DNA from: Octopus sinensis
Taxonomy: Eukaryota
DNA length: 64,000 nucleotides
Direction of reading: 5' to 3'
NCBI RefSeq assembly: GCF_006345805.1
Contig: NC_043003.1
Location: 186,001-250,000 of the forward strand
A program made the position numbers and the translations under genes. Under the pieces are notes generated by a model. It had not been told where the DNA came from, searched no databases, and saw only the letters and a program-made list of their open reading frames with translations. Position 1 is the first letter of the stretch; every line of letters starts with the position of its first letter. This document shows positions 1 to 12,296 of this stretch, piece after piece.

Positions 1-36
1 TCACCAATTGTCGAGCATATATATTCATGTATATAT

Positions 37-86
<50 letters not shown>

Positions 87-796
87 CTATAATATATACC
101 TAGCTTAAAAGCTGCACTCTGTGCGAACTTTCAAGCTAGCTCCTGCGGAGGGATAATTGGACCTGAAGCCCCGAATCAAGAAAGCGATAATAATAAAGCA
201 TTTATTGTTACCCTGCCAACATGGTATTACTTTAAATTCGGTTTAAATGAAAAGCTTGTAACTTCACAAATTTTTGGAGTTCTTTTAAAATTTGAAGATA
301 TACAAACATACATACATACATATATATGTGTGCGTGTATATATATGTATATATGTATTGTGAATTTGTGTCTGTGTTTGTCCCCAACACTGCTTGATGAC
401 TGGTGTTGCTGTGTTTACGTTCACGTAACTTAACGGTTCGGTAAAAGAGATCAATAAAAAAGTACCAGGTATAAAAAAGAAGCAAGTTCTGTCGATCTGT
501 TTGATTCTTCAAGGCAGTGCCCCAGCGTGGCCGCAGCCTACTGACTGTGAAAGATACTAAATTCCTTATTAAAACTTACAGTTAAGGGAGATAACTCTTG
601 TACTTCTCACGGTCACTTTACCTGTTAGAAATAGCAAACCAAATGCTTTTATATCCCAATGCTGGATATTCAAGAACCGAATGAAGGACGGATTTTCAGT
701 CCTGGGATCATCCTGATTCCAAAAAGGTATAATATGTCTATGTAGAGCAAATGTAGACTGAGATACAAGGGTCTCAGACAGACAGAATTTCACTTT

Positions 797-798
797 TA

Positions 799-847
<49 letters not shown>

Positions 848-850
848 ATA

Positions 851-882
<32 letters not shown>

Positions 883-903
883 TTATTATATATATATATT
901 ATT

Positions 904-956
<53 letters not shown>

Positions 957-990
957 ATATTATATATATATATATTTCTATATATATATT

Positions 991-1021
<31 letters not shown>

Positions 1022-1226
1022 TATAATATTTATATATAATATATATTATTTATATATATATATATATATATATAATAGATATTTATATATATATATTTAT
1101 ATATATATATATATTATATATATATATATATTTTTATTATATATATTTTATATAACATATATATATATATATATTTATTATATATATATATATATATAAT
1201 ATATATATATATATATAATATATATT

Positions 1227-1291
<65 letters not shown>

Positions 1292-1378
1292 TTATATATT
1301 ATATATAATATATATATATATTTATATATTTATATATATATAATATATAGAATATATATATATATATATATTTATATG
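797..1378. repeat. (TA)n-rich microsatellite block
   Basis: Almost pure, interrupted TA repeats; the IY-rich ORF here is an artefact of the repeat. Confidence 0.95.
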
Positions 1379-1470
1379 TAGTTAATCCAACATGAAAACA
1401 CAAAGAGAAAACACAACAACGCGAGGACGTGGAACAAGTTATAGTATTATTGGACGCTCAGGAAAGCAGG

Positions 1471-1510
1471 GGAGTTAACGTTTCGAGCGAGCCTTCGTCA
1501 GAAACATAGG
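1471..1510 (-). ncRNA. Degenerate minimal hammerhead-like motif
   Basis: Minus strand reads GTTT-CTGACGA-AGGCTCGCTC-GAAAC-GTT-AAC; the core is present and stem II is damaged. Confidence 0.45.
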
Positions 1511-2165
1511 AAAAGGAAAGATCTAAAGAAGAGAAGATGGAGGAAAAAAATCGCTAACAGTACACACGCGGTCATATATATATATATATATATATACAAA
1601 ATTTAGAGGAATGACCACTAAAGTGGATAGCTTATATGCTAAACATAGACATCAAATCGCCATTACTATGAAGAATGTGTTCTCAAGAAAAATCTCAGCA
1701 AAAAAACAAAAAACAAAATGTAAAAATAAGCAAGGCAAATGAAAATATACGAAATAAAAATGATTACCTATGTACCATTGGTTTCACTTGTTAATATTTA
1801 CGTATATGGACACGCAAATATCTGCAAGATCACCAGCATAGTCTGTCGTTTACAAAACACAATTTCCAGAACTAGATACAGAACTCTCAATCGAAATCGA
1901 GTATGTATAAAGTTCTACAAATTATATTTAGGTGTATCTTTCAAATGCCTTCACTTTGGCGTGCTGAGATCGGAAACTACTCCGCAGTTAATAAACTACA
2001 GCAGTCAATTTAGAGAACAATTTTTAAATTTAAAATTAGATAAGGGTAGAAATTGATATTAATCAATTAAAACCAGTGGCTTAGTATATTTAAAAAATCC
2101 AAAGATTAAAAATTGTGTTACATACAAATTTAGAGGAATGACTACTAAAGTGGACAGCCTATATG

Positions 2166-2225
<60 letters not shown>

Positions 2226-2229
<4 letters not shown>

Positions 2230-2562
2230 CCCCCTTCGGTCATGAATGACCATGGGATTGCACCTAGAAAGTTACCCTCCTAGACACAAGTCCGGGCAAG
2301 GTTGTTTATGGAAGACCAGCAGTCGCCCATGCATACCGGCCTCCCCTCTCCACGCCACCAGTGTTATCCAAGGGAAAGACAAATGTCGATACAGCTTGGC
2401 ACCAGTGACATTGCAACTCATTTCTACAGCTGAGTGAACTGGAGCAACGTGAAATAAAGTGCCTTGCTCAAGAACACAACACGCAGCCCGGTCCGGGATT
2501 CGAGCTCACAACCTCACGATCGTAAGCTCGACGCTCTAACCACTGAGCCATGCGCCTTCACA
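2226..2562 (-). mobile_element. tRNA-derived SINE (family with CTTGAGCAAGGCAC central box)
   Basis: Minus strand starts GTGAAGGCGCATGGCTCAGTGGTTAGAGCG (A box) and contains GAGCTCGAATCCC (B box). Related copies lie at ~9560-10015, ~12080-12540, ~40530-40830 and ~43655-43960. Confidence 0.85.
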
Positions 2563-2565
2563 CAG

Positions 2566-2727
2566 GGACTTCAGTTCCCTGTCGGTCGTATCCACCGTCT
2601 TCTCCGTAAGGGAAACTATGCCCAACGTGTTGGTGCCGGAGCCCCAGTCTACTTGGCTGCTGTTATGGAATATTTGGCTGCCGAAGTGTTGGAATTGGCA
2701 GGAAATGCTACCAGAGACACAAGAATC
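2566..2727 (+). pseudogene. H2A: Histone H2A internal fragment
   Basis: Translates [54 protein letters not shown]. This matches the H2A histone fold, lacks both termini and lacks the NKK of canonical RDNKKTRI. Confidence 0.93.
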
Positions 2728-2730
2728 CAG

Positions 2731-2803
<73 letters not shown>

Positions 2804-2825
2804 TAGGTTAATAAAGAAAAAAGTA

Positions 2826-3672
2826 GATCTCAGCACGTTTAATTTTAGTTGCAAATATTAAATAAGAATTAGAATCAGCTGCACATTACTCGAAGTTTCG
2901 TCGGCACAGAACGCAACTGCTTCGTCAGGTATACAGAATAGGTGGGAATACAATTTAAAGGAAAATTTAAAATGGCTTCTAGCTGAGAATATTTGAACCT
3001 CCATTGATCAGTTCAGTCCATGTTAGTCGTATGGCTTGGCAGTGACAGTAGTTGTTTGCTATGTACGCTCTGTGTGGCAGAATAGACAGTATACTGGCTT
3101 CAGCTAATCGGCGGCCAGTAAAATTTGGCAGCTCAGCGTCGACAGTTACAACGTGGTGAGGTAACTACTTTTGTAGTGTCAGAGTTAGGATTAGGATTAG
3201 GATTATATTATATATTAGTTTGCGTGTCAAGTATGGCTGCGTGATGTAATTATAAGCTGATGATAGTTGATCACAGTGATAGTACGTGAGAAGGGAAAGT
3301 CTCACTACAGGCAAAATAATGATCTTTCCAGACAACCAGCGGTCAATGGTGTAAATATCATTACCCAGGCGTATCTTTGGTGACAACAATAAGACCAGGT
3401 TTTCTGTTGATAGATACGGCAGGCTGTTGCAATATATATGTAGCTTCTCTGGGAGGCAAAGATGCCAATTACAAAATCTACGTAAGAAAAGAGGTGTCCT
3501 GTCAAGGCTGTTCCACGTGATATTGGGATAATCGTTTCCTCGGTCCTGGATTCTTCCGTTAAGGTGGAACAGGGAGGTGGAGTTTTTTCTGTCTCCACAC
3601 ATGAAGAAGTGCATTTGTTGCATAAATCTTACTTTGAAATGATTTGTTGTCATTCCTGTGTAGTATCTCGTA
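2826..3672 (-). mobile_element. Penelope-like element 3' remnant (GIY-YIG endonuclease fragment plus 3' UTR)
   Basis: Minus ORF contains YYTGMTTNHFKVRF..H..F....KNSTSL...ITWNSLD...CNWHLCLPEKLHI, the pattern of PLE GIY-YIG C-termini. A hammerhead-like motif follows downstream on the same strand. Confidence 0.8.
2879..2936 (-). ncRNA. Type I hammerhead-like ribozyme in PLE 3' end
   Basis: CTGTATAC-CTGACGA-(22 nt)-GAAAC-TTCGA-GTA-ATGTGCAG; stem I has 7 pairs including G-U, stem III is ACT/AGT, stem II is irregular. Confidence 0.65.
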
Positions 3673-3720
3673 ATGCCACACACACGCACACACGCATACA
3701 CACACGCGCTCGCGCACGCA

Positions 3721-3763
<43 letters not shown>

Positions 3764-4007
3764 CACCACCCATGAAATCGAAGTTTGGTAATCGCATGAA
3801 TATAGGAGCTAAAAGACTTTAGAGCGTAAACACACCTGTGGAATGCATTGCAGTTTGGCACGAAGCTTAAGAATGCTATCAGACCTGATATGTATACCTC
3901 ACAGCAAAGTGAAATTTAAACGTCCTTCCCAGAATAATACTTAAATGTCTGCCTCAGATTTGAACTCACCGAGTAATATTTCAACCGATTCTGTATTCTG
4001 TGATTAG

Positions 4008-4057
<50 letters not shown>

Positions 4058-5769
4058 TATATATATATATATATACAGGCATATACATACAAACATAGAC
4101 ACACCCAAGCATATATATACATACGTACAAACATGCATGTACCTACACATACGTATAGAAACAAACTTACACATACACACACGACATTCAAATATACACG
4201 CAAACGCACACCTATATATACACACACATACATACATATATATCCGTACATATATATTATATATACACGCACACACACGTAAGTTTTTGCTATAACGGTT
4301 TTCACTGACATTAGAACATGAGAATGTGTATTCTGATATCCTGCTATTCCACCATTCTGCTATATACATTTATAAAGTTATTCTTCTCAGACAGTGAATA
4401 TTTCCCAGTATGGTTGATTTGGCAACTTACAATATTTTCATCAACAATGCACAGCAAATTAATATTCCAGACAAACCAGCTGTTTTTTTCTCTTTTACAA
4501 CGCAAGCTCCATTTATATATGTTATATTTATTACTAGTATATATACTTGCAATCAGCTTAATATCACGAATTCCAAATGATTGTCAGCGAACATTACGTT
4601 TTAAATAGATTAAACATTTGCTATCGACGGAGTAAAATGCTGAATCGAGTCTAATATGTTTTCAATATTACATTTTTCAACATGGCGGAAAAAGAGCGAT
4701 AAAGCGATTCGAATTATAAGGCTCTTTTTGTCTTTTATATTGATCTTTTGTTTCAGGCATTGGACTGAGACCATGCTGGGGTACTGCGTTGAAGGGTTTT
4801 AGTTGAACAAATTGATTACAGCACATGGGTATTTTTCTAAAGTTTGGCATTTATTCTATCGGTGTCTTTTGCCGAACCGCTAGATTACAAGAACTGAAAA
4901 AACAAACAAACAAAAACAAAAACAAAAGAGAACAAAACAAAAAAAAGCACAACTCAACACTGGTTGACAATCCCTTAGGGTAGTGATGGTGACAAACACA
5001 GACGCAAAGACACATATAAATATATCGATGGATCAATAGAGAAATAGATCAATAGATCGATGGAGAAATATATGGAAAAATAGATCGATAGATCAATGGA
5101 GAAATAGATCAATAGATAGATAGATAGATATAAATATACGATTAGCTTTCACTTCTCATCATCCCAATCTACTCACAAGCTATTGTCGGCCCGGAATACA
5201 GTGTTGGACATCTTTTTTCTAGATATCGCACGGTGGGACAGAACTCAAAAACACGTGGCTGCAAAGCTAACGTCTTAACCACACAGCCAGGCCTGCACCA
5301 GGTTGCATATCGCTTAATCATATTAACCTGCATGTTAACAATGTTTAATCGACACAACAGATTGTACTATTGTTATCTGTATATCCATTAATCTAGAAAT
5401 AAATATGGTTATATAATTAAATACGAGTAAAAAGCAGCGAATGAATATTGCTTATTATTTTTTTTGTGGGGGGGGGAGGTTACTCGTATTTATCGTTCGT
5501 TCTTAATTATATCAAATCGCTGCGTCCATTTATTCCGTTTAAATAGAATTGACAGCAAAAATAAACTTTGCCTGCATGCATCTTCTTTTTCTGTTTTATC
5601 TTTGATTTCTTTCAGTCATTGGACAGCGGTCATACTGGGCCATTAGCGTAGTTGGGGGTGAGGGGGGGAATTGGGTGCGGTAGGGCCGGTCCGTCATGGG
5701 CGGCCCTTTTGGGTCTGCTGTAATCAATATGTTTTTTTTTTTTGTGGAGTCCAGGGGGCGGCAAACAGA

Positions 5770-7333
5770 AGGGCCTTTCTTCATAAGACAAATGCTTGAG
5801 ACCAAGAACCATGCGGGTAGCCAGCTTCTGGACTCTTTCGAGATGATGTATGTCTTTGAGGAGATAAGGAGAAGGGGCTTGAATCCCGTACTCCAATATG
5901 GGTCTCACCTGCGTGACATAAAGCGGTAGGAATATGGCTGCTGTGAGCATTCCGAATGACCGTCGAATCAAAAACAGAACTCCGCGTGCTTTATTGGCAG
6001 CATGGACGCACTGGGCCGAAGGCTAAAAGGAAGAATCCACCAAGATACCCAGGTCCTTTACCTGGTCGGTCCTCTCCAGCAGCAGACGACCCGGCTCGAA
6101 ATCAAGTTGAGATGACAGCACTTTGACACGTTCAGACACAGGTCCCATTCGTTAGACCATCTCCAAACTTGGTGGAGGCATCGACGAAGATCATCTATAT
6201 CACCGTGAGGAGCGACCAGTTTGACATCGTCGGCAAATAGAAGGGTGTGTTGCGTGAGGTCATTGGGCAAGTCATTTATGAAGACTAAAAACAATAAAGG
6301 CCCAAGCACTGAACCTTGAGGCACGCCACTGCTCGCACTGGAGACGTCGGACCGCGAACCATTAACTTGGACTTGGAAAGAGCGATCTGAGAGGATGGCA
6401 CCAACCCATCGTACAATATCCGGATGAAAACTATATGCTTGAAGCTTGACAAGTAATAGGCGGTGATTAACCGAGTCAAAAGCTTTGGCAAAGTCCAATA
6501 AAACGATGTCAGCAACATCACCATCATCCAGGATACGCGTCACCAATTCTTCCATTTCAAGTAAGTTGGTCAAGCATGATCTCTTCGGCACGAAGCCGTG
6601 TTGGGAATCAGAGATAGGGTCTGTGTTTTGGAGGTGGAGCAACATACTTTTCTTAAGGATGGTTTCGAACATCTTGCTGATTATTGAAGTAAGGGAAACC
6701 GGTCGGTAGTTAAGCGGGTCTTCGCGGCTCCCTTTCTTGAAAATTGGGCAGATTATCGCTGTTCTCCAGTCCGCAGGTATAACACCCGTCGCCAATGACA
6801 TATTTTAAGAGAAGTGTTAAAGGTTCGCAGATGACCGGAGCCAACGCTTTGATAACCTGTGGGTGTATGCCATCAGGGCCGTGACCTTTGTTGACATTGA
6901 GGCCTTGAATAACGCGTTCGACTTCGTCCCGAGTGATGACCAATCTAGGCATTGGAGGTACCGATCTATTAAATGGAGGGGATTCACGACCATCATCTTG
7001 TTTGAAAATTGTTGAAAAAGCCTTGGCAAATAACTGACTCTGCTGATAAGGGTCCTCAATCGATACGCCTGTTGAGTCTACCAACGTTGCAATTTGGTTG
7101 TTCAAGCGGGAATTCTGTTGGACATGGGCAAAGAAGGTTTTTGGATTGCGACTGGCATTTGCCATGATTTTGTATTCATATCTGAAGCGTTCTTCCTTTA
7201 CAATTTTCACGGCTCGGTCTCGTTGAGTTTTGTACACCTCAAAAGCTGCAGTCGAATCCAGATTTTTGAATTCAGCTGAATCAATATCTCTGAGTCGAAG
7301 TTCTCGTTTAACCTTCTTCGTCGCCCAGGACAT
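5770..7333 (-). mobile_element. 5'-truncated CR1-like LINE ORF2 (RT), decayed
   Basis: Contains KGHGPDGI, NYRPVSLTS, DFAKAFDSV, GVPQGSVLGPLLF, FADDVKL, KDLGILVD and LERVQKLATR. There is a frameshift near 6800 and an in-frame stop near 6025. Confidence 0.92.
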
Positions 7334-7544
7334 TGAGTGTTTTTTTTACTCGAATAAATCGTCCCCTAGTACTTTATTTTTAAAGACTGGTACTTATTCT
7401 ATAGGTCTCTTTTGGGGGGGAAACACTAAGTTACAGGGACGTAAACAAACTAGTTCTGGTTATCAAGCTGTAGTGGGAGGAAAAAGAACACACACAACAC
7501 ACACATGTATGTGTATGTGTGTGTGGGGGGAGAGGAGGGTGAGA

Positions 7545-7878
7545 AGCCTTCTTCTTATCCACATGGTTCCGAGTTCAGTCCCACTGCGTGGTACCTTGGG
7601 CAAGTGTCTTCTACTATAACCTCGCGCCGACCAAAGCATGAGTAGATTTGGTAGACGGAAACTGAAAGAAGCTTGTTGTATAAATATATATATATTGTAT
7701 TTGTGTGTTTACGTTCTCGTAACTTAGCGGTTCGGCAAAAGTACCGGTAGAATAAGTATTAGGCTTGCAAAGAATAAGTTCTGGTGTCGATTTGTTCGGC
7801 TAAAGGCGGTGCTCCAGCATGGCCACAGTTAAATGACTGAAGCAAGTAAAAGAATAAAAGAATAAAAGAATAAAAGAA
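7545..7878 (+). mobile_element. tRNA-derived SINE with CCTTGGGCAAGT box, internal microsatellite and (TAAAAGAA)n tail
   Basis: Same head and tail as the full copies at 19245-19646, 44851-45283 and 59566-59970. Confidence 0.85.
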
Positions 7879-7896
7879 TATATGTGTGTGTGTATA

Positions 7897-8318
7897 GAGG
7901 TCGTTGAAAAAGTCTCTCCGCAGTAAGTGTTTTATTGCAACATAAAATAGATATTGATAAGATGGCATAAGACTACAAAAAAATATATTAGACTTTACAG
8001 GAATTAAAAAAAAACTGTTGAAAGTGTCGTCCCTCATTTTCAAAACATAAGTTGACTCTTCTACACATGTTTTGAGAGAGTCTTGGAGAGTCTGACGCGA
8101 TATGGACCATGTGAAGGTTATGATTGCGTCTTTTAGCTCATTAATGGTTTCCGGGCGATTCTTGTACGTTGATCCTTCACTTGATCCCCAGAAAAAAAAA
8201 TGTTTGGCGGTGTGAAATCAGGAGATCTTGGTGGCCAAAGTCCCTTCGAAATAATCCATTCACCGAAAAACTCTTGAAAAAGAAAAATAACTGAGGAGAG
8301 ACTTTTTGAACACCATGT
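7897..8318 (-). mobile_element. Internally deleted Tc1/mariner element
   Basis: Imperfect TIRs GGTCGTTGAAAAAGTCTCTCCGCAGT and ACTGAGGAGAGACTTTTTGAACACC; minus strand encodes WPPRSPDFTP..FF, a transposase C-terminal motif. Confidence 0.82.
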
Positions 8319-8325
8319 GTGTGTG

Positions 8326-8410
<85 letters not shown>

Positions 8411-8639
8411 TATATATATATAATCGCAAGTACATATGCATGTATGTAATGTATGTGATGCGTACAGGTAGGTGGGTAGGTAGGTATGTTACCTGATGCT
8501 ATGCTTGCTACCTTCGAAATCCCTTCTCTTGCTAATACTAAACTCCTAAGTAAGCAACCCCGAAAAAGGGTCGAAATGGTTTCTGAAATCCGACACCCGA
8601 GAAAAGGGGTGGGAGCGGCGAGTCGAGGGAGTAGCGATG

Positions 8640-9120
8640 ATGCTGATGTGATGATAACGATGATGGTGGTGTCGGTCTTGTTGTTGTTGTTTTTGGTGGT
8701 GGTGTTGGTGGTGGTGGATAAATGGTGCCGATGATGGCGACGGGGAAGAAGCAGTGTGTTATAGGCTGGCGGTGGGGTTGGTGGTTGTGGTGGTATTGTT
8801 TGTAGCTTGTAGCGATGTCGGTGATGGGGGAGAAGAGCAATATGCTATATGGTGGTGTGTTGGCGGTGATGATGGGTGGTGGTTACGGTGGTTGTGCATT
8901 GTAATGAGGGTGGTGGTGGTGGTGGTAGTTGGAGTATGCAATTACGGGTGATAGTAGCAGTGGTGGTTTGTGTGGAATGGTTATTGCGGCGGTGGTAGTG
9001 AGTGTGTGTGTGTGGGGGGGTCGATGATAAGGGGAATGGTAGTCATAGTGACGATGGTGGGGGGGGTGGTGGTGATGGCGGAGGTGTTGGTGTTGGTGTT
9101 GGTGGTAGGAGTAATTCACG
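8640..9120. repeat. GGT/GAT-rich low-complexity tract
   Basis: Degenerate trinucleotide repeats; the overlapping His/Pro/Val-rich ORFs are artefacts. Confidence 0.85.
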
Positions 9121-9786
9121 GCTACGACAAACTAGAGAACTGGGACACCATCGCTAACGTGTTTGCCTCATTGTAGGTGCCCCTTTGATGTGTGAGGTGC
9201 GTATTTAATGCGCTTCGGTGTGTGTGTGTGTGTGTAGTGCGCATGTACGTAGCTTGTATGAGTAAAGTGAACCATAGTGAGAGTGAGAGAATGTGGATGC
9301 TAGAAAGAACAGCTACTTTCAGAGACCGTGTATCTTGTTATGATGGTAGCTTTAATTTTTATTCTGCTTGGAAACATAATCTCACACACACACACACACT
9401 CTCTCTCTCTCCCTCTCTGTCTCGCTCTCTCTCTCCTCTCTGTCTCTCTCTCTCATATACACACACACACTCTCTCTCTCTCTCTCTCACACACAAGGCA
9501 AAATGTTAAAGGCACCCCACCCTGAACCCCCTGAACATTACCGTCTCGAACATTACCGGGTAACTGGTACTCATAGGACCAGTTACCCGGTTTCCATGGC
9601 ATTGAAGTGACCGAAATCACAACACACTCTTCCTGGACGGGACGCTAGTCCATAGCAGGGTAACTCATTTACGGCTGAGCGGAGTGGAGCAACGTGAAAC
9701 GAAGTGTTTCGCTCAAGAACACAACGCAACACCCGATCCAGGAATCGAAACCGCGACCTTACAATCGTGCGTGCATTATCCTCACC

Positions 9787-9995
9787 CAGTGATTCTCAGC
9801 CTTTTTGAAATCGGGATCAAATCCAAAACCTGGATTTTTTTAAGGGGACCGCACCCCCTCCCCAAAAGAAAAAAAACTAAAACACAAGTCGATTAAAGAA
9901 AGGTTTATGATATTTATAGTGAGGAGACAACCGGGGAGGCAGAAGGGTGCTAGAGGGTCGCATGCGGCCCTTGGAGCCGTGGTTGACAACCGCTG
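9787..9995 (+). mobile_element. hAT (Charlie-like) MITE, copy 1
   Basis: Termini CAGTGATTCTCAGCC and GGTTGACAACCGCTG; internal AAACCTGGATTTTTT..GGGGACC and GGTCGCATGCGGC are shared with copy 2. Confidence 0.7.
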
Positions 9996-12104
9996 CTCTA
10001 ATCTTTCGGCCACGTACCTCCAGTCGCACATACATTCACATACATGCAGGGCTGGATGAAGCTTGTATTGAATATGTAGGACCTGTAAGGCCTGGGCGAA
10101 CTGTTACACACGATATAAGGAGGCCCTAAGTCAAAAACTTTGCTGTTATCTAGAATTATAATAATTTTATGGACCCAATCAGGATATTCGAATGGCTGAT
10201 GTAGATACATGGGGCCGAAACGTTACACAAGGCGCTTGCCGTTGGTTTGCTAAATTTGTGTTCCATCAAAGAGACGAATTATGATTTCTTTTGTTGTATA
10301 TCGAGAGGGTCATTATGCTAATTATAAACACACACACTGGTTCTATTTCACTTCTTTTATTTATCAATTGGTTAACTATTTAAGTAATTAAATAATCGAT
10401 TGTTTAAGTAATCTTTCAATTAATCAACCAGTTAGGCTTGTCGAAGCCCTTTCATCACCATTCGCGACTTCATCAAAGATATATCTCAACAGCACATCTG
10501 CTTCGGAAGCAAATTAATCAAACAATTGATGAGTTAATTGGTTAAATAGTTAACCATTTGTCAAACAAATAATAAAGAAGTGGAACTGAACCAGTGTGTG
10601 TTTATTGTTGGCATTATGACCCTCGTAAGATGCAACAAAACATGTTCCAACACACGAGTTCAAATCAAGAATCTTGCAAGCCATATGCAGAAACGAAATA
10701 AAATTATTTTTATGTATCCAATCAGACCAATGTATAGAAACCAGCAAACAAAGAATGAGGTAATCGAAATAAAGTATTCCATTATTTATTATTTCCCCTA
10801 AAGTTTGATATTTAGCTACTGGTCGATGTGCGTGAAGTATTTTACAAGATTAACTCTGGGAAGTGACTACTTAGACAGGGTAAATTAAGTATGGAATTTG
10901 AACGAGTTTGTTCCTTCCTATACAGATCCTTACTTCGTTTTAAACCCACCATAAAATTCAGTTTAGATGTAACAAACTTACGCGAATTCACTAATCTATA
11001 TCGTTATATAAAAAGCTGTTTATTAATAAGTTTGGATTATGTAACTTTTAGTAAAAGAGAGCAATGATTAAAGTCTATACTGTCTAGAAAAAGTTTTAAA
11101 TTCCAATTTTAATTATTTTTAATCGAAATGTGGTTTTCAAAATTCTTTAATTATTGAAGATTGCAACTATTCGATTCAGTCACAAAGATAATTTCTGTTC
11201 TCTGTGAGATAGCTTATTTTTTCTAACGTCTCTTCTTTTTTCAACGTCTCTGTCTTTTAATCGCTCACCTCTTCTAGAAATATAAAGGATGCCGAAATAT
11301 CTGCAACGCTACTTTCTAAAGCCATATCAGTAAAAGCATTTCTCCAAATGACAAGTTTAACCCAGCCAAATTATGTTGACCATTATCCTTTCATAATTAT
11401 TGCATGTTGTTGAAGACAACGGGGGACTTTTGCGTGGTTAGGTCACTGTAATATTTGTTTTTCTTTTCATAAATTCCAACGCTCTTTGTGAGTACTTGGC
11501 ATTATTCAAAACTTATTTACTGAGCGAATAATTACTATTAAACGAATATTGAATACAAATGACAATTAGAGTAAAGAAAAATGACACAAATTGGGAATTA
11601 AATATCACTTATCAACCTGCAGAAAACAGCCCTGAGGGTGGTCCTTTTGCTAGTATACTGAATTGGTATGTAAGCAACCAAGATGCCATATTAAATATTC
11701 TCCCCTGAAGCACAACCCTTATATTCAATATAAAATAAATTTGTTGTAATCTGAAGTTGAAAATGTGACTATTAATTTAAACTTGATATTTGTGTTGTAA
11801 GATTTGCTTAATGGCGTAAGGTTAAAGCGGAAGTTGTACATCATAAACTGTTTCTTATCTGTTTCAAAATCACGACTTGATTAAAAAGGGATAGTTACCA
11901 TTAGGGTATTTTTAATATATTTTCAAAAATCTGACTCGTTCAGCAGATCGTGTTTATGAGGAAATAGTCACATTAATTGTATAACGAGGTTAATGCATCG
12001 AAATAAAGAAATAGAACGGCAACTATATTCATTTAACAACTGACACAAGTCATACGAGTCTATTCATTTATCGTTGGTGAATGTACTTGGCCCAGCGAGT
12101 AGAG

Positions 12105-12296
12105 CAGTGGTTCCCAATCTTTTTAGTATCCGGACCAGATCCCAAACCTGGATTTTTTTAGGGGACCAGCACCGAAAAAAGTAAAACAAAAGTCATATCG
12201 AGAAAAATTGTATTTATAAAGGGAAAATCGTCAAGGGTTGCCGGAAGGATGCTTAAAGGTCGCATGCGGCTCTGATAGCTGCAGTTGAGAGCCCGC
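12105..12296 (+). mobile_element. hAT (Charlie-like) MITE, copy 2
   Basis: Starts CAGTGGTTCCCAA; internal blocks are similar to 9787-9995. Confidence 0.68.

Noticed and set aside
1596-2168. ~47-bp direct repeats at ~1596 and ~2122 as LTR/pLTR ends
   Set aside because: The repeat is real, but the interior has no recognisable coding or ribozyme motif, so no class can be assigned.
4678-4705. CAACATGGCGG as a gene start or YY1 site
   Set aside because: The frame stops after six codons and there is no other promoter evidence.
10196-10235. CTGATGT...GGCC-GAAAC-GTT as a hammerhead
   Set aside because: A9 is changed and neither stem I nor stem II pairs; at most a relic.
10430-10485. Minus-strand TTGATGA-A-GTCGC..GTGAT-GAAA motif
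   Set aside because: No stem III or cleavage triplet and no stem I.
11279-11668. Possible plus-strand exons (acceptor at 11278, donor near 11668)
   Set aside because: Short frames with no recognisable homology and no matched acceptor-donor pair.
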